Both the position numbers and the translations under genes were made by a program. A DNA stretch of 64,000 nt from Tricharina praecox. Lineage: Eukaryota. Shown here piece by piece: positions 11,456 to 23,096 of the stretch. Positions within the stretch are counted from its first letter, which is position 1. Every line of letters begins with the position of its first letter. The stretch is from contig NW_026250443.1 of NCBI RefSeq assembly GCF_024521635.1, positions 1 to 64,000 on the forward strand. The letters run 5' to 3'. The notes below the pieces were generated by a model that made no database searches, was not told where the DNA came from, and saw only the letters and a list, made by a program, of their open reading frames with translations.

Positions 11456-11865
11456 TTGAAGCAGACCAACCAGCAACCATCCACAATAGACCTCGCCTTC
11501 GCCTCGCCACCCATTGAACACGAAGCCAACAACTGGGCCATTGACGATGATGCTGCCACCGGATGGGATCATGCTACCATCAGATTCCAGCTAGTATCCA
11601 ACAGCACCCACCTTCCCCAACCATCAGCCCCTCCACGGCACAACTGGAACACAGCCAGTTGGGACCTCTTCAGCGAACACCTCCGAACCAGAGTTGCCGA
11701 GACGTACCAAACCTGGTGCCTCCTGCACCAGAACCCCTCACACCAAAACCTGGACAGCTCAGCAGAGTTCCTGCGAGACCTCATCATCGAAGCTGTACAA
11801 AATCAGTGCCCCCAATCAACATCTACCCCCAGTCGAAGCGATGGTGGAACCCAGCCCTCCTTGCA
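11456..11865 (+). mobile_element. Non-LTR (LINE, Tad-like) ORF2 fragment: end of APE endonuclease plus linker
   Basis: STIDLAFAS...ATGWDHATIRF (TGSDH motif), RHNWNTASWDLF, and SKRWWNPAL after a frameshift. Confidence 0.8.
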
Positions 11866-11960
11866 TCGGTGAAGCACAGGCCTGGGAATAGTCTTTGTCG
11901 GGCCCGGAATATCAAGGACTGCAGGAGGTATTGTAGGTAGTAGCCGAGCCTGGGCGAGGA

Positions 11961-12495
11961 TTGAACCTACCCCCCCACATCGCCTCGTGCATCAATCGCA
12001 ACCTCCACCTGTCGCTCACACACTCGATCTCCATCACCCGTGCCCTCGTAGAACGGCAATTCCAGCCGCCAAACTACAAGCCGTTCAACAACCTCTCCCC
12101 GGTCGTGTCAGTGCAGCAGAATTTCGATTCCCTCGGGTTCCCCTCCGACTACCCGGGCCACAGCAGGACGGATACGTACTACATCAACCGTGAGACGGTG
12201 CTGCGCACACATACGTCCGCGCACCAGGCGGCCAGCTTTTCTGCGGGCGAAGAGGGGTTTACCATCAGCGCGGATGTGTACCGGCGTGATGCAATCGACC
12301 GAACCCATTACCCCGTGTTCCACCAGATGGAGGGAGCGCGGATGTGGTCGCGCAAGGACGGGGACGTGGCAAAGATGGTCAGGGAGGATATCGAGCGGCT
12401 ACCGAAGCATAATCTAAAAGTGGACGATAGCGGGCCGGTTTTCTATGCGGGAAACCCGCTACAATCTGAGCATAGCACAGAGGAGGCTGTTGGTG
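11961..12495 (+). pseudogene. MSF1: Internal fragment of mitochondrial phenylalanyl-tRNA synthetase
   Basis: QNFDSLGFP..YPGHSRTDTYYIN..VLRTHTSAHQ and ADVYRRDAIDRTHYPVFHQMEG. No ATG or presequence, no C-terminal half; conserved HPGR reads YPGH. Confidence 0.88.
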
Positions 12496-13279
12496 GAGGC
12501 CTAGGAAGCTACTTCAGTCTGTCGCGGCAACCGTCGAGTGGAAGTCGTCCGCTGTGTACGGACTTCGGACGTTTCCCGAGTGAGCGCTTGTGGAGCAGAC
12601 TTTTTGCCATGAATGTTCAAAAGACCCACAGCCGAACGCTCAGGGGAAGACTGCAGTACCTCTTCAAGTGGAGGGATCTCCGGCACCGGTCAACGCACAA
12701 TGCTAACATAACAATTCACCAAAGGAAACCGACAGTATTGAAGTCCTCAACGACATCCGCTACTACGACTCGACAGCGAAATGTAACAAGAGAGAGGGAG
12801 CATGCACGTGGCAAACAGTGATGTGATAGTACCCCGCGTTCTGAAGCCAACATCAGACGAGATCTAGACTCGTTTTCTCTCCTCCTTCTCTGGCAGCTGC
12901 TGTACCGTCGACGGGAGGACGGCCAAATCTCCACCTACTCACGGAGAATACGGTGACCCGGATCCAGAGCTGAGCTTTGAGCTCAATTCAGAGGAAACTT
13001 AATGTCAGACGACGCACACGCCGAGCTCCCCACGACACGGTACGGGACTACTGCTGTTGGCTTTTCCGCACCCAGACTCCCCGGATCCCCTCCCGCTCAG
13101 AGCCATCTCTACACCAGCAGCCGCACTCCACACCGCCCCCCTCCCTGTCATCCCCAAGTCCACACACATGCGCGAGCCCGCTCAGTGGAGATGGAACAAT
13201 GCAACCAAGAAGCTTCATATCGTGATCAGCCTGGTTTTTGAGTCATTGCCAAAGCAATAACACAGACTCATTCCAGACT

Positions 13280-13440
13280 GACACCCACCGATATCCAGCA
13301 CGTCGAACACGCCAGTCTCGTCGATCCCCTTCTCCTTCAACGCGCGCCGCAACCGCTCCGGGGGTTCCATAACGGGCTCGTCAGTGAGCACCCAAGTTCC
13401 CTGTCACACACACACACTATCAACAACCATCAGCAACCAA
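13280..13440 (-). pseudogene. Isolated last exon (with intron remnant) of NAPE-PLD/Fmp30-like metallo-beta-lactamase
   Basis: GCTGAT branch...CAG acceptor at 13403-13401, then [38 protein letters not shown], the segment following HW in the fungal NAPE-PLD HWGT motif; no upstream exons found. Confidence 0.7.
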
Positions 13441-13664
13441 AAAGTCTACATTGGCGGGTATATATCATCTACCCTTTTCACACACAAGCCCCCCGGGCCC
13501 CCCCATGATGTGTTATGCATCCGCTCATCCGGATGGCCCGTTTTTTCTCGTGAGTCGGAAAAGTCGGCGTCAGTGACGGGATATGCCTCTTCGCGCGTTG
13601 TCGGGATCAACCCCTTGCAAACGAAAAGCTGGTGCCCGGCTGGTATTTCGTGTGTGAACTGTGC

Positions 13665-13980
13665 GGACAATGTGTGTGATAATATTTTCCTTTGTAAAAT
13701 TAGTTGGTAGGCAACGGCGCAGGGACGGGCTTTGGCGGTAGAGATTTTCTTCTACCTCCGTCGAACTGGTAGGAAAACTCGGGTTTGTGGACAGTAGAAA
13801 TGCGACAGCTACTAATGGTGCTGGCTGGCGGGTTCATGAGTCCTCCGCTCAATCCCTTGTACCAAAAAAACCCCAGTGGCCCTGTTGGCTATGTCGCCGC
13901 TCGGCGCGTGAAGTCATCGGTTCGACTTCCGGGGTTTTCAAACTACCCACACCTGGGTGATGACGGTTTTTTAATTTTAT
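13665..13980 (+). repeat. Repeat copy A: putative LINE 3' UTR, A-run and tRNA-like segment
   Basis: Aligns by eye with 14910-15180; contains GTACCAAAAAAA, GGTTCGACTTCC (13919) and a downstream T-run. Confidence 0.7.
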
Positions 13981-14289
13981 TTTTCCGGTTTTGTAAGAGT
14001 GATGCATGCGGAATCACTCGGTCAAAGAGTGGCAGTCCAAGTTGCGATTCTCACTCGATACGCCACATCACTAAGCCACATCTTCACGCCTTCGAAGAAG
14101 CTGCACATTGGTCATCTTGATATTGCTTGTACGTTCCTAGAATCCTTTATATTCATACTTGCTTCTCCTTCTGTCTGGTATTCCTAGCGGGTCATCCGCT
14201 CTGTTTTGAACATCAATCGCAGAAAAAAGCTCACCATTTTTATTTCTACTCTTCAACAGTCAAAAATTGTGAAGGATTCTACAGACAAT

Positions 14290-14860
14290 ACAACGAGACG
14301 GCAACGTTTTAGCCGGACAGGCGACGAATGGCCCGGAATTGTTCCGGCACCTCAAAAAATACGGAAGGCGGAAATTCCCTCTGCCGGTAAGTATCGCTCA
14401 CACACCTCAAGAGACGGATAAGTGACGAAAAATGGAAAGAAGCCAGGGAATGGTCAGAATCGAGCATTGGTGCAAAACCACCAGTGAACATCAAGACGGC
14501 AGTCGATCCGACCCTAGGGACAGCGGCGATACGCTTAGCCGCCCGATACTAGTACCAGCTAAACTCACGGTGACCCATCTGTAGAGAATCTATCACCAAT
14601 GCTGCTGGTGCAACTAGTCCGGGTAGATACGGGGACACCTGTTCACGAAATTCAACAGGTTTCAAGCCAACAGGAAGCGCAATGGGAGAAAATCGGAAAG
14701 GAGGCGGGAAAGGACCTAAGAAACGACTAAATGGAGCGTGGCAGACCTGTTTGCAGACAAGCGCTGCTCGGAAGCAGTGGAAAAGTACAGGACTACGGAC
14801 GTGAGGAAGAAAATCCCACCAACTAGAAGAGGCTGAGGTCGAGGAGGGGAACCATTTCCC
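14290..14860 (+). mobile_element. Degenerate 3' end of LINE-like ORF2 (post-RNase H region, Cys motif, C-terminus)
   Basis: Fragments RRISDEKWKEAREW, DPTLGTAAIRLAARY*YQL, CCWC, GHLF and KWSVADLFADKRCSEAVEKYRTTDVRKK in shifting frames resemble fungal non-LTR ORF2 C-termini (recognised from memory). Confidence 0.6.
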
Positions 14861-14909
14861 TGAAGCCGAACAGGAGTGTCTAGTAGGGTATTGCGTGTAT
14901 GGCCTGCTT

Positions 14910-15180
14910 GGACAATAAGTGTAATCGTGTTTTCCTTTGCAAGATCGGTTGGTAGGCATCGGCGCATCAATAGCTTTTAGTGGCGCTGGCTAATAGTGCT
15001 AGCTGGCGGCGCTGACACGCGGGTTCATGAGTCCTCCTCTCAATCCCCAGTACCAAAAAACCGCCAGTAGCCTTGTAGTCGAAACCACCACTCGGCGCGG
15101 GGGAGTCATAGGTTCGACTCCTGGGGCTTCCAAGCCACCCACATCCCCTGGGTGGTGACGGTTTTTGTTTTTTGTTTTTT
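14910..15180 (+). repeat. Repeat copy B: putative LINE 3' UTR, A-run and tRNA-like segment
   Basis: Paralog of 13665-13980; GTACCAAAAAA, TAGCCTTGTAG (A-box-like), GGTTCGACTCC (15111, canonical B-box), TTTTTGTTTTTT. Confidence 0.7.
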
Positions 15181-16038
15181 GGTGGCTCTCGCCGAAGATG
15201 ATACCTATGAAGCGGGGTTCTGTTTTTTTTGGGTGAAATCATTGGTTGCAGACGATCTGTCTAGACCATGGAAGTATCCACCCCAGCCACACACTCCTAC
15301 CGTTTTCACGTCACGACTTTCATCGATCGGCGAAGACGCGTTGTGTCGGATATACGCATGACTTATCACTCAGTGGAGGAGTGAGGGTCTATGATTTTGC
15401 AACACGCAAAGTCAGCAGATCCTTGCGACTCATCCCCCTCCCCCGGCAACCCAGTCGTGCCACAAAGTTCAAACAAAAAAATGCGGAAATAATCGATACT
15501 TCTCTCTCAATGCGTTCGAGATCCTGCCACCAACTAGAGATTAAGTTGTACTTATCTGCGGAGATCTACCCCCGGTCACACTCCCGAAGCCCACTACCGC
15601 CATGATTTGATAAGGTCGAATACTACGGCGATGAAACAAAAACACTCCCGAAACCCAGAAACCCAGAACGCGAAACAGGGCAAGCGCCTACAGGCTGGTT
15701 GCGCCTACCACCAGTCGCCAACCACACCTCGCCAAAGCGCCTACAGGGGTGTGCGGGAGCTGGCGCCGTCACCATGCATCGTCCGGACTCCGCAGGGGGG
15801 TGGGGTGTTTGACAGGTGGGGCTAAAAATCTGAGCCGTATGAGTGCATACAAGAGTATAAGAGCAAGCAATAGCCCGACCCGGCGGAGAAGGGGTTTTGG
15901 CAATTTACGGTATTTGCTTCGCTTCGCTTTCTCTTCGCTTTCTTTTCTTTCTTGTCTCGCTCCCGCGGGCTCGGGGTTTCTTTCTTTTCTTTACTTTCTT
16001 TCTTTCTTTGTATGTTTGTTTGTTTTCGTTTCGTCGAG

Positions 16039-16605
16039 ATGCGTTTCCTCTCCTCGAGCTCGGTGTCGATATTGCTCTCGGTGCTGCTACTGCTACTCCG
16101 GGCCGCAGCGTCACCGGTCGCCACGGACCGCGCACTGCTAGCCAGCGCGGCGAGCGATCAACCTTGCGATCCACCGAGCACGAGCACGAGCACCGCCGCA
16201 GTCATCACGCTTACAACATTCAATCCGGGCGCGGCAAGTACAGCCTCAACGTCGACATCGCTGCGGTGGGTAGATCTCGTTCCCGCGCCCGTCACCCTAC
16301 AACCGACGACGATGACGACGGTGGTGCGAGAGGAGGTCACAGTTACTTTGATAGCGACAACTACGGCGACAGCTACGGTTATGGCTACCGCCACAGTCAC
16401 GGAAACGGTAGCGGTCAGGTTGGGAGAGCTGGAGTTTCCGAAGTCGGGGTATGCGGGCACAGTTGTCATCACCATACCCGCTGTAGCGACTACAAAAGTG
16501 TTTGGCGGGGAGGGAACTGGAGGGGAGGGCCTGCGCACGGAAGGAACAGATATCTATGGCGACGGCGGGGACGTGGTCGGGTTCGTGCCGGCTGCACGGG
16601 GGTAG
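16039..16605 (+). CDS. Putative secreted Ser/Thr-rich protein
   Basis: Hydrophobic N-terminus MRFLSSSSVSILLSVLLLLLRAAASP followed by Thr/Val-rich tracts; splicing uncertain. Confidence 0.5.
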   Translation: MRFLSSSSVSILLSVLLLLLRAAASPVATDRALLASAASDQPCDPPSTSTSTAAVITLTTFNPGAASTASTSTSLRWVDLVPAPVTLQPTTMTTVVREEVTVTLIATTTATATVMATATVTETVAVRLGELEFPKSGYAGTVVITIPAVATTKVFGGEGTGGEGLRTEGTDIYGDGGDVVGFVPAARG

Positions 16606-16738
16606 TGTACTATATAAAGGAATGGATGTGGGGGAGGTGGACAGTGTAAATTACGGATCCGGTGTATACGGACGCGGTGGAGATGGACAGTGTACGATAG
16701 ATTATGGCTCCATCTGCTAGCCAAGTATCTAGCTACCT

Positions 16739-18553
16739 CTACAGTAGGCGCTCAGTGAACACGCAGCGAATCTCCCCCATCTCCAACGTGAATGTGTCGA
16801 TAGTTTTTGCGAACGCGGCGTCCCTGTCACCGACGAGGGATATGTCAAAGCGTCGAGCTACCGCTGCGCCAACGCTGTGGAGCTCCGCCAGTGCTAGCGG
16901 TCGGCCGACGCATTGGTAGCGGCCTATCCAGAAGGGCTGGAAGACTGCCTTCATCTCCGCGAGTTTCTCCGGGGTGGAGATGAGCCACTTGAGGGGATGT
17001 CAGTGGTGGTGAGGGGGGGTGGAGGGTCAATCGGAGAAGGGGGACGAACTCGCTCGGGACAAAACTCCTCCGGATTATCGAACCATCGCTCATCCCGCAT
17101 CGCCACCCACAGTGGGAAGTACACATTGACCCCGCCCGGAAGGAAGGTTCCATCGTCGAGGGTGACTCCTTCCGGCGGGATGTAACGTGACACACCACTC
17201 GGGACAGCGGTGTTGAGGCGAAGCGCCTCGTTGATGCATGCCGACAGGTATGGCGATTCGGTGCTGTCGGCGGGGAGGGAGTCGAGTTCGGCTTGGAGCT
17301 TGGAGAGTGTCTCGGGGGAGGAGCCGAGGTATGTGAACAGCGCGATGAGGGTGGCGGCGGTAGTGTCGCTTGGTTCCGTCAGCATGCAATCGGAGCGAGA
17401 GGGAGAGAAATACTACCTCCCAGCGACAATAGCGGTCCTCGAATCGCCTCTCAACGGGACGTGGTGGGGACCTATGTTCTTTGGTTCCGCCTCCAACAAC
17501 ACCTCAAAGAGATCACTACCCATCTCCCCCATGCCCCTCCTCTTCCTATCGTCGACGCGCTCCTTACACCATTCCAAGAACTTCATATGCTCCTTCCCTG
17601 CGGCGCCCAACATCTCCATGAGCAGCAGCAGCCACGGCGTATGTCCCAGCAGCGCGATGCTCCTCATGCTCGCGTGCGTCATTCGCAGAAAGTAATCGCT
17701 TCCGTCCCTGCCGCCTTTCTCCAGCATACCAAAGTCTCTACCGAAGGTAAACGCGCCCATCACGTCAAAAGTGTAGTAACTAAACCACGCAGTAATATCC
17801 TTCTCCCTCTCCCCCTCCGCCAGTTTCTCAAGCAGCATATCCGTATAGTGCTTCACTCGCGGCGCATACGCCTTCACCGCGTCCGGCGTGAACGCCTTAT
17901 CCCATACCCTCCGCCGCACCGAGTGCGTCTCCCGATCCTTCACTAGCTGTATCGACGAGTTTCGGTTGCCGTTGTTGTACCACGAGCCTTTCGCGGCCTT
18001 GCCGAGGACCGGGAGGAGCTCCGGACGCAGAACGATCAGCTCGTTTGGGCCGCTGCGAACGATGTCGCCGTACTGGGCGTGCCACCGTTGCTGTACGCGG
18101 AAGTATTGTCCCCGTGCTTGCGTGTAGGCGTGAATGTAGTAGAGTTTTGAGAGGCGGGTGGGGCTGGGCCCGGGGAAGCGCGAGACTGGGAGAGGTTAGG
18201 AGGTGTGTGTATGCACTGGGGCGAGCGGGAGGTATCATACGTGGGTGAAAGTAGAGACGGTAGACAAAGATGCTCGCCGCCATTGCGGAGAGGAACGATG
18301 TCGTTGCGAGGGTAACGGTGGAGACTGTGTGCGACAACCCGGCAGCGGTCGATAGGTAGAGGAGAGCAGCGAGCATGGATGGAGTGCCTAACAGCACCAG
18401 GAAGTAGGTCCACACATGGGCGTCCCGCTCGCCGTGGATGAAGTAGGCGTGATGCGATATCAGTCCGAGCACGGCTGCCCCGAGGCAGAGCTGCGATGCT
18501 GGCAGCTCGGACACGAAGGACCCGAGAGTGTGCAAGGCGGCAGTGAACGACAT
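16739..18553 (-). CDS. Cytochrome P450 monooxygenase (multi-exon)
   Basis: N-terminal TM, FHPLSRFPGP, YGDIVRSGPNEL, RRRVWDKAF, I-helix IVAG|SDTT across an intron, EALRL, PER, heme motif PFWIGRYQCVG. Confidence 0.95.
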
Positions 18554-19582
18554 TGGATCCAGAATGCCGTATTTTTCTTTCGCGGGTACATGTCCCTCCT
18601 TATATTTACACACAACATACACAGCAGGCGTTCGCTTGTCGGATGGACGAGCACGTTCCGATCGTCTTACTGTACACACGGTAATAGTTCATCTCGTACA
18701 TATCATCCACAACCAACCTAAATTCTCGCCGGGGATAACCTCCGGGTCCTCTGTTCTTGTATGTGCTGTACACAGTACTCCGCTCCAGTGACGGCTGGGA
18801 CGGTGACATTGAGAGCTATATAGTAACCATGTCGATAACTCCGCAACCCTGTCCCACTGCCGCTTCCCGTATTATACTATAGTAGTATTATTTGCGTAGA
18901 GTTATCACACAGGCCCTGCACAACTCCCTTATCCGACGTTAGAGTTCGAACCCCGGGTGCACAGATATCCCCCAAACGGGAATTGTGTGGGTGAACACGA
19001 ATCCTACGGGCCTATATTAGTAGTTGCGGGGTGATCGCAGATTCTGATGACGTGAGATGTCTGTTTCTTGACATTGCCGGTATCATAGGCCGTAAGCACT
19101 CAATGTATCTACCGCGGCTGACTGGGTGCGGTCAAGAGTTGTACCGACGCAATACAGTGCAGAACGGCGGGATCCACTGATCAGCAGCACGCACCACCAA
19201 CCCGGGAAAACTAGGGAGCTACTGCGTCTTCTCTCCAAGATTCTACCTTATCGATCGATATGGATAACTCGGCAGTGCGCCGGCATGGTTAGGAACGGTG
19301 GTCTCCAGACACAGGTCATCACTCGAGGCGCACATTTGCCGGCCGGTTCACAGGAGGCGGCAGTTTGATCGACTTGTACCATGATGATGAAATAGAAAGA
19401 GATAAAAGGCAGTTTTATCGGTGTGGTTACACGCAATGGAATAGATGACCGCCCCCCCCCACCCTCGCCCTCCCACCTCCCCGCACCCGGCAGTTCGATC
19501 GGTCTCCCCTAGAAGGTAGACTCCGTAGAGAGAAAAGTCCGAAATCCACCTTGCCCTCCCGTTTCCGTTCTCGCCACCGACA

Positions 19583-20929
19583 TCAAATACCATCCACGGT
19601 ACGGGTGGTGGTGAGCAACGTCGGCATTCCCCCCGGCGGCCCAGTCGGGAATCCGCCAGGCGGAAACGTCATCCCCGACGGCGGCCCGGACGACCCGCTC
19701 CCCCACATGTTGCTGATGTTGTAGCTTGCCTTGAGATTTATCCCGACGGAGATGGACGCGAGAATCCCGTCCTCCATCTCGTCGCCTAGCATCTGGATCT
19801 CGCTCACGGCGTTGTACCCCGTGTTCTCCTGATGGTAGATGAAGTCGTCGTCGTTGCGCACGCGCTCCTTCAGCTTGTTCTTGGTGTATGGCAGGCGCTG
19901 GTCGATCTGCGTAAGGAGCGATTCGGGGAAGAACAGTTGGCCTGGATTCGAGCTGTGAGCACAGCACGAGGGAATGCCGAGAAGGAGAAGGTAAGTAGGT
20001 ACGTACCGATATGCGTGACATGGCCGCCTTGGTAGATCCTCTTCTTGCGGTCCACTTTTCCGCCGATGTGGACTCCCATCTGGAAAACGACGGTTAGCGA
20101 GGGGTTATCATGATGAATTGGCACCGAGGATGACTTGCGTGGATGTGCGTCGCCCGCATGTCGTACCACCCCGGAAAGCTGGTGATCATGTGCATAATTC
20201 CGCGGCGATCCGTGGGCTGCAGGCCACGGTTGAAGTGCTCTCCCTGCCAGAAACCAGAAGACATCAGTTCGTGTTCTCGTGGATATCAAAGAGCGTAGTA
20301 TGCTGTCATAACATACCGTAGTCTTCTCGCTCGCAAAGCCCGAGTACAACCCGGTAGTCTATTTCTCTGTTAGCCGGCATTGGATCGCCGAGTTGACCGC
20401 ATGTACCCACATTGCAATGCCACAGATCGATCATCGCGTTGGTGACGGGCTCACAGGTATCGAAATCGACGAACTGCAGATCTAGCAGCAGCGGCACACC
20501 GCGCTCACCCTCTCCCTTACGTATATCCTTCCTGATCAACTCCTCCTTAACATCTATTCCCATCAGCCACCACCTTCCCCGGCTCGCAGAAGCGCACTCA
20601 CAATATGGCCCAACCATGACCTCCGGGGTGAGCACGCAGGCTCCGGTATTATTCCCAGGGGGCGTCACCGGCGGCATCGGGATCCACTGGCGCTTCTCGA
20701 CACGCCGCTTCTCGAGGTGGGACTCCACCAGCTCTGCGCGGCGAGCCACCCGGTGCGCGATCACGTCGCGGCTCTGGAGCTTGCCGGAGCACTTTGCGAA
20801 CGCTGCGCGCGCTTGGTGCAGGTGCGCCGAGCGAACCGCAATACCCGAGGCTAAGGTGTCGTGCGCAAAAACGGACGGGACAGAGAGCAAAGTGGCAAGG
20901 AATAACGCGATCAGAGTGAGTGGGACCAT
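19583..20929 (-). CDS. Secreted intradiol ring-cleavage dioxygenase-like protein (multi-exon)
   Basis: Signal peptide; CVLTPEVMVGPY, LDLQFVDFDTCEP, DLWHCN, PGWYDMRATHIH, GQLFF, RNDDDFIY. The 3' end may include one more exon. Confidence 0.9.
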
Positions 20930-21819
20930 CGTAATGGGAATGTGCAAGAGGGTAATGACTGGATGGATGGTGGAGGTAGCTGGGCTGCTGGATCGATCTG
21001 TTCATTCATACTTGCGCGGAGAAGAGGGGGGTTTTAAACCCTCCGCTATTCCCGAGTACGATCACTTTCAGAGGAGCCATCCAAATCGCTGTACTCTACT
21101 ACGGGCTGGCAGGTCGTCCGGAGCGCCGTCTCGTATTCCGCGGTTGAGGCTGAGGATGTGGTCGAAAGTAAATATCCTACATACTCGTCGGCCATAGTGT
21201 ATAGCGGTGGACGATAAGGACGACCACGAATAACCACCGCCGGATCATGTATGCATTCGGAGATGCCGGTTGTGAGGCAAGCGATTGGGTAGAGAAGTCC
21301 TCTATTCACTCCCAAAGTCCTCAGGAACATACATACCAGAGCACTACCGGCCAGAATCACTGGAGGTACTATAATAACGGCGGGACACCGGACCGTCGCC
21401 GCGGTCGAAGACTCGAAGCAAACTTCGGTGGTGGTGGTGGTGGTGGTAGTGGTGGCGACGGCTCGGCCAACCCCCGGCCCCACGGACCCCCGGTATCTAT
21501 ATCCCGCGTAAAGGCTGCCGACCCGATGGCTCCACTTCCGACCACCGGCAACAGGATCTGCAGGCCGAGGCACGTCGCCGAGAACTGTGCATAAGTGGTT
21601 ACTGATTTTAGTCTCCGAACGCGTTGATTAACGTCAACCAAGCTTCCGGCTTGTAGTTAGACTAAGGGATGTCGCGTAATCTTGGACAAGGAGTCAGGGA
21701 CTGGGCGTCCATATACGGTATTTGGCACTAACAGCCTACTAGTTACTGACGAGTCGCTACGGTACCTAGTTTGCCCCGCATTGTTTGGTTGTTTAACTAC
21801 CTGCCCAGATACTATGTAA

Positions 21820-23090
21820 TCACCCAGCGAAGTAGAGTCTAGATGAGCTACCTGGTAGATGTTTTAAATAAACTACCCCATGTGTACATTTATATAGAAG
21901 AATATGGATCATTTGTGCCCTCGACATAGCATCCACGCATGAGCGATTGGTTTCGAAAACAGTCTCGCCGCAGGAGTCGACTTCCACTCCCCGGAGGCGT
22001 TGTGCTATGTAATACCCGCACGAGAAACGAGACGAAAGATCAAAATGTAAAGCGCCAGTAGTTTTTATTATCCCCCCTTCACTCTTTTCTTCCTCACTGC
22101 TGTCACTAGACTGATAGAGCTCTGGCGGTAAGGAAGCAAGTGCAATCTCTTCTAGATGGCGACCGATGTGACTTTGTAGAGACGCTCGGGTTTCCCTCAC
22201 TTTCTCTGTGCAGAGGGGACAGACAGTCTGCTGATGCGACGGAGGTGCTTTGGCGTTTCGGCACTTGCTACTCATGCCTTTGAGATCCAGTGTTCCCACG
22301 GTGTGCTGGACGCGCAGATGTGAATGAAAAGCGGTCTCTTGATCGAATGTTTGGCCACATCCCTTGATGCATACCTACTCGGCGACAAAGCGGTGGCAGC
22401 TGAATTTGTGAGCCAGCCACTCTTTGCGGGTGCCGTACGACTGCTTGGCGGCACTATAGTTGGTGAATGAGCAGCTATACGGTCGAATATCCCGTATTAT
22501 GTGTTTTCTAGTCGTCGTGAGCATATAGTCTGAATCGCCGCCCAAAATAGTGACTTGCCTCCACTTGAGCTTAGAATCGATTCCCTCCAGCATTTGATAG
22601 CAGACTTTGCACCTAAATTTCTCTGTGTCTAGTCCAAGCTTGACCGGTGGTGGGGGATATCGTGCCCTCCCAACTTCTTCAGCATTTGTCGTGGCGCCAA
22701 ACGACGACGAGCTGAGGACGGATTTTGCATACGGAGCGGGGTTCCTAAACGACATGGTTTCATAGCCACTGTCAACAGCGGTAGGTGGCTGTATGATGCT
22801 TTCATCGTGATGGTCAATCTGTTTGATTTGTTGCTGGCTAACCTCCCAGCGATCTCTCATGTCGCGGATCGATTTGTGCCTGAACCAGTTGACTTCCGCA
22901 AGATGCTTCACCAAGCCTTCACTAGTATCGGGAAATTTGTCTCGCACATTCCCAAGTACAGGGAATATTCATCCGATACTCCTTCATCACACGCTGCGCG
23001 GTATCCGTTGTCGCCCTGTGTACCAGGGAATCGACAAACTCTTCAGCACGATCTCCGAAGTGAGGAATTATCATGCACAGCTCAGACAAC
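21820..23090 (-). pseudogene. C2H2 zinc-finger protein of the fungal AcuF-like family, 5'-truncated and disrupted
   Basis: VRDKFP..LVKHLAEVNWFR, FRCKVC, KHIIRDIRPYSCSF, E*VCIKGCGQTF..HLRVQH, CPLC..HIGRHLEEIALASLP; TAG at 22377-22375, frameshift near 22950. Confidence 0.75.
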
Positions 23091-23096
23091 TGGTTT

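Noticed and set aside
13868..15130. Functional tRNA genes
   Set aside because: B-boxes are present but I could not build a complete cloverleaf with a proper anticodon arm by eye; reported as tRNA-like only.
18940..18960. GAGTTCGAACCCC B-box-like motif
   Set aside because: No accompanying A-box or stems recognised.
4852..20929. KR-repeat genes plus P450 and dioxygenase as a dikaritin/ustiloxin-type RiPP cluster
   Set aside because: No DUF3328/UstYa oxidase or tyrosinase seen. Modules are ~84 aa and disulfide-type rather than short cores, and the enzymes are separated by 7 kb of TE debris.
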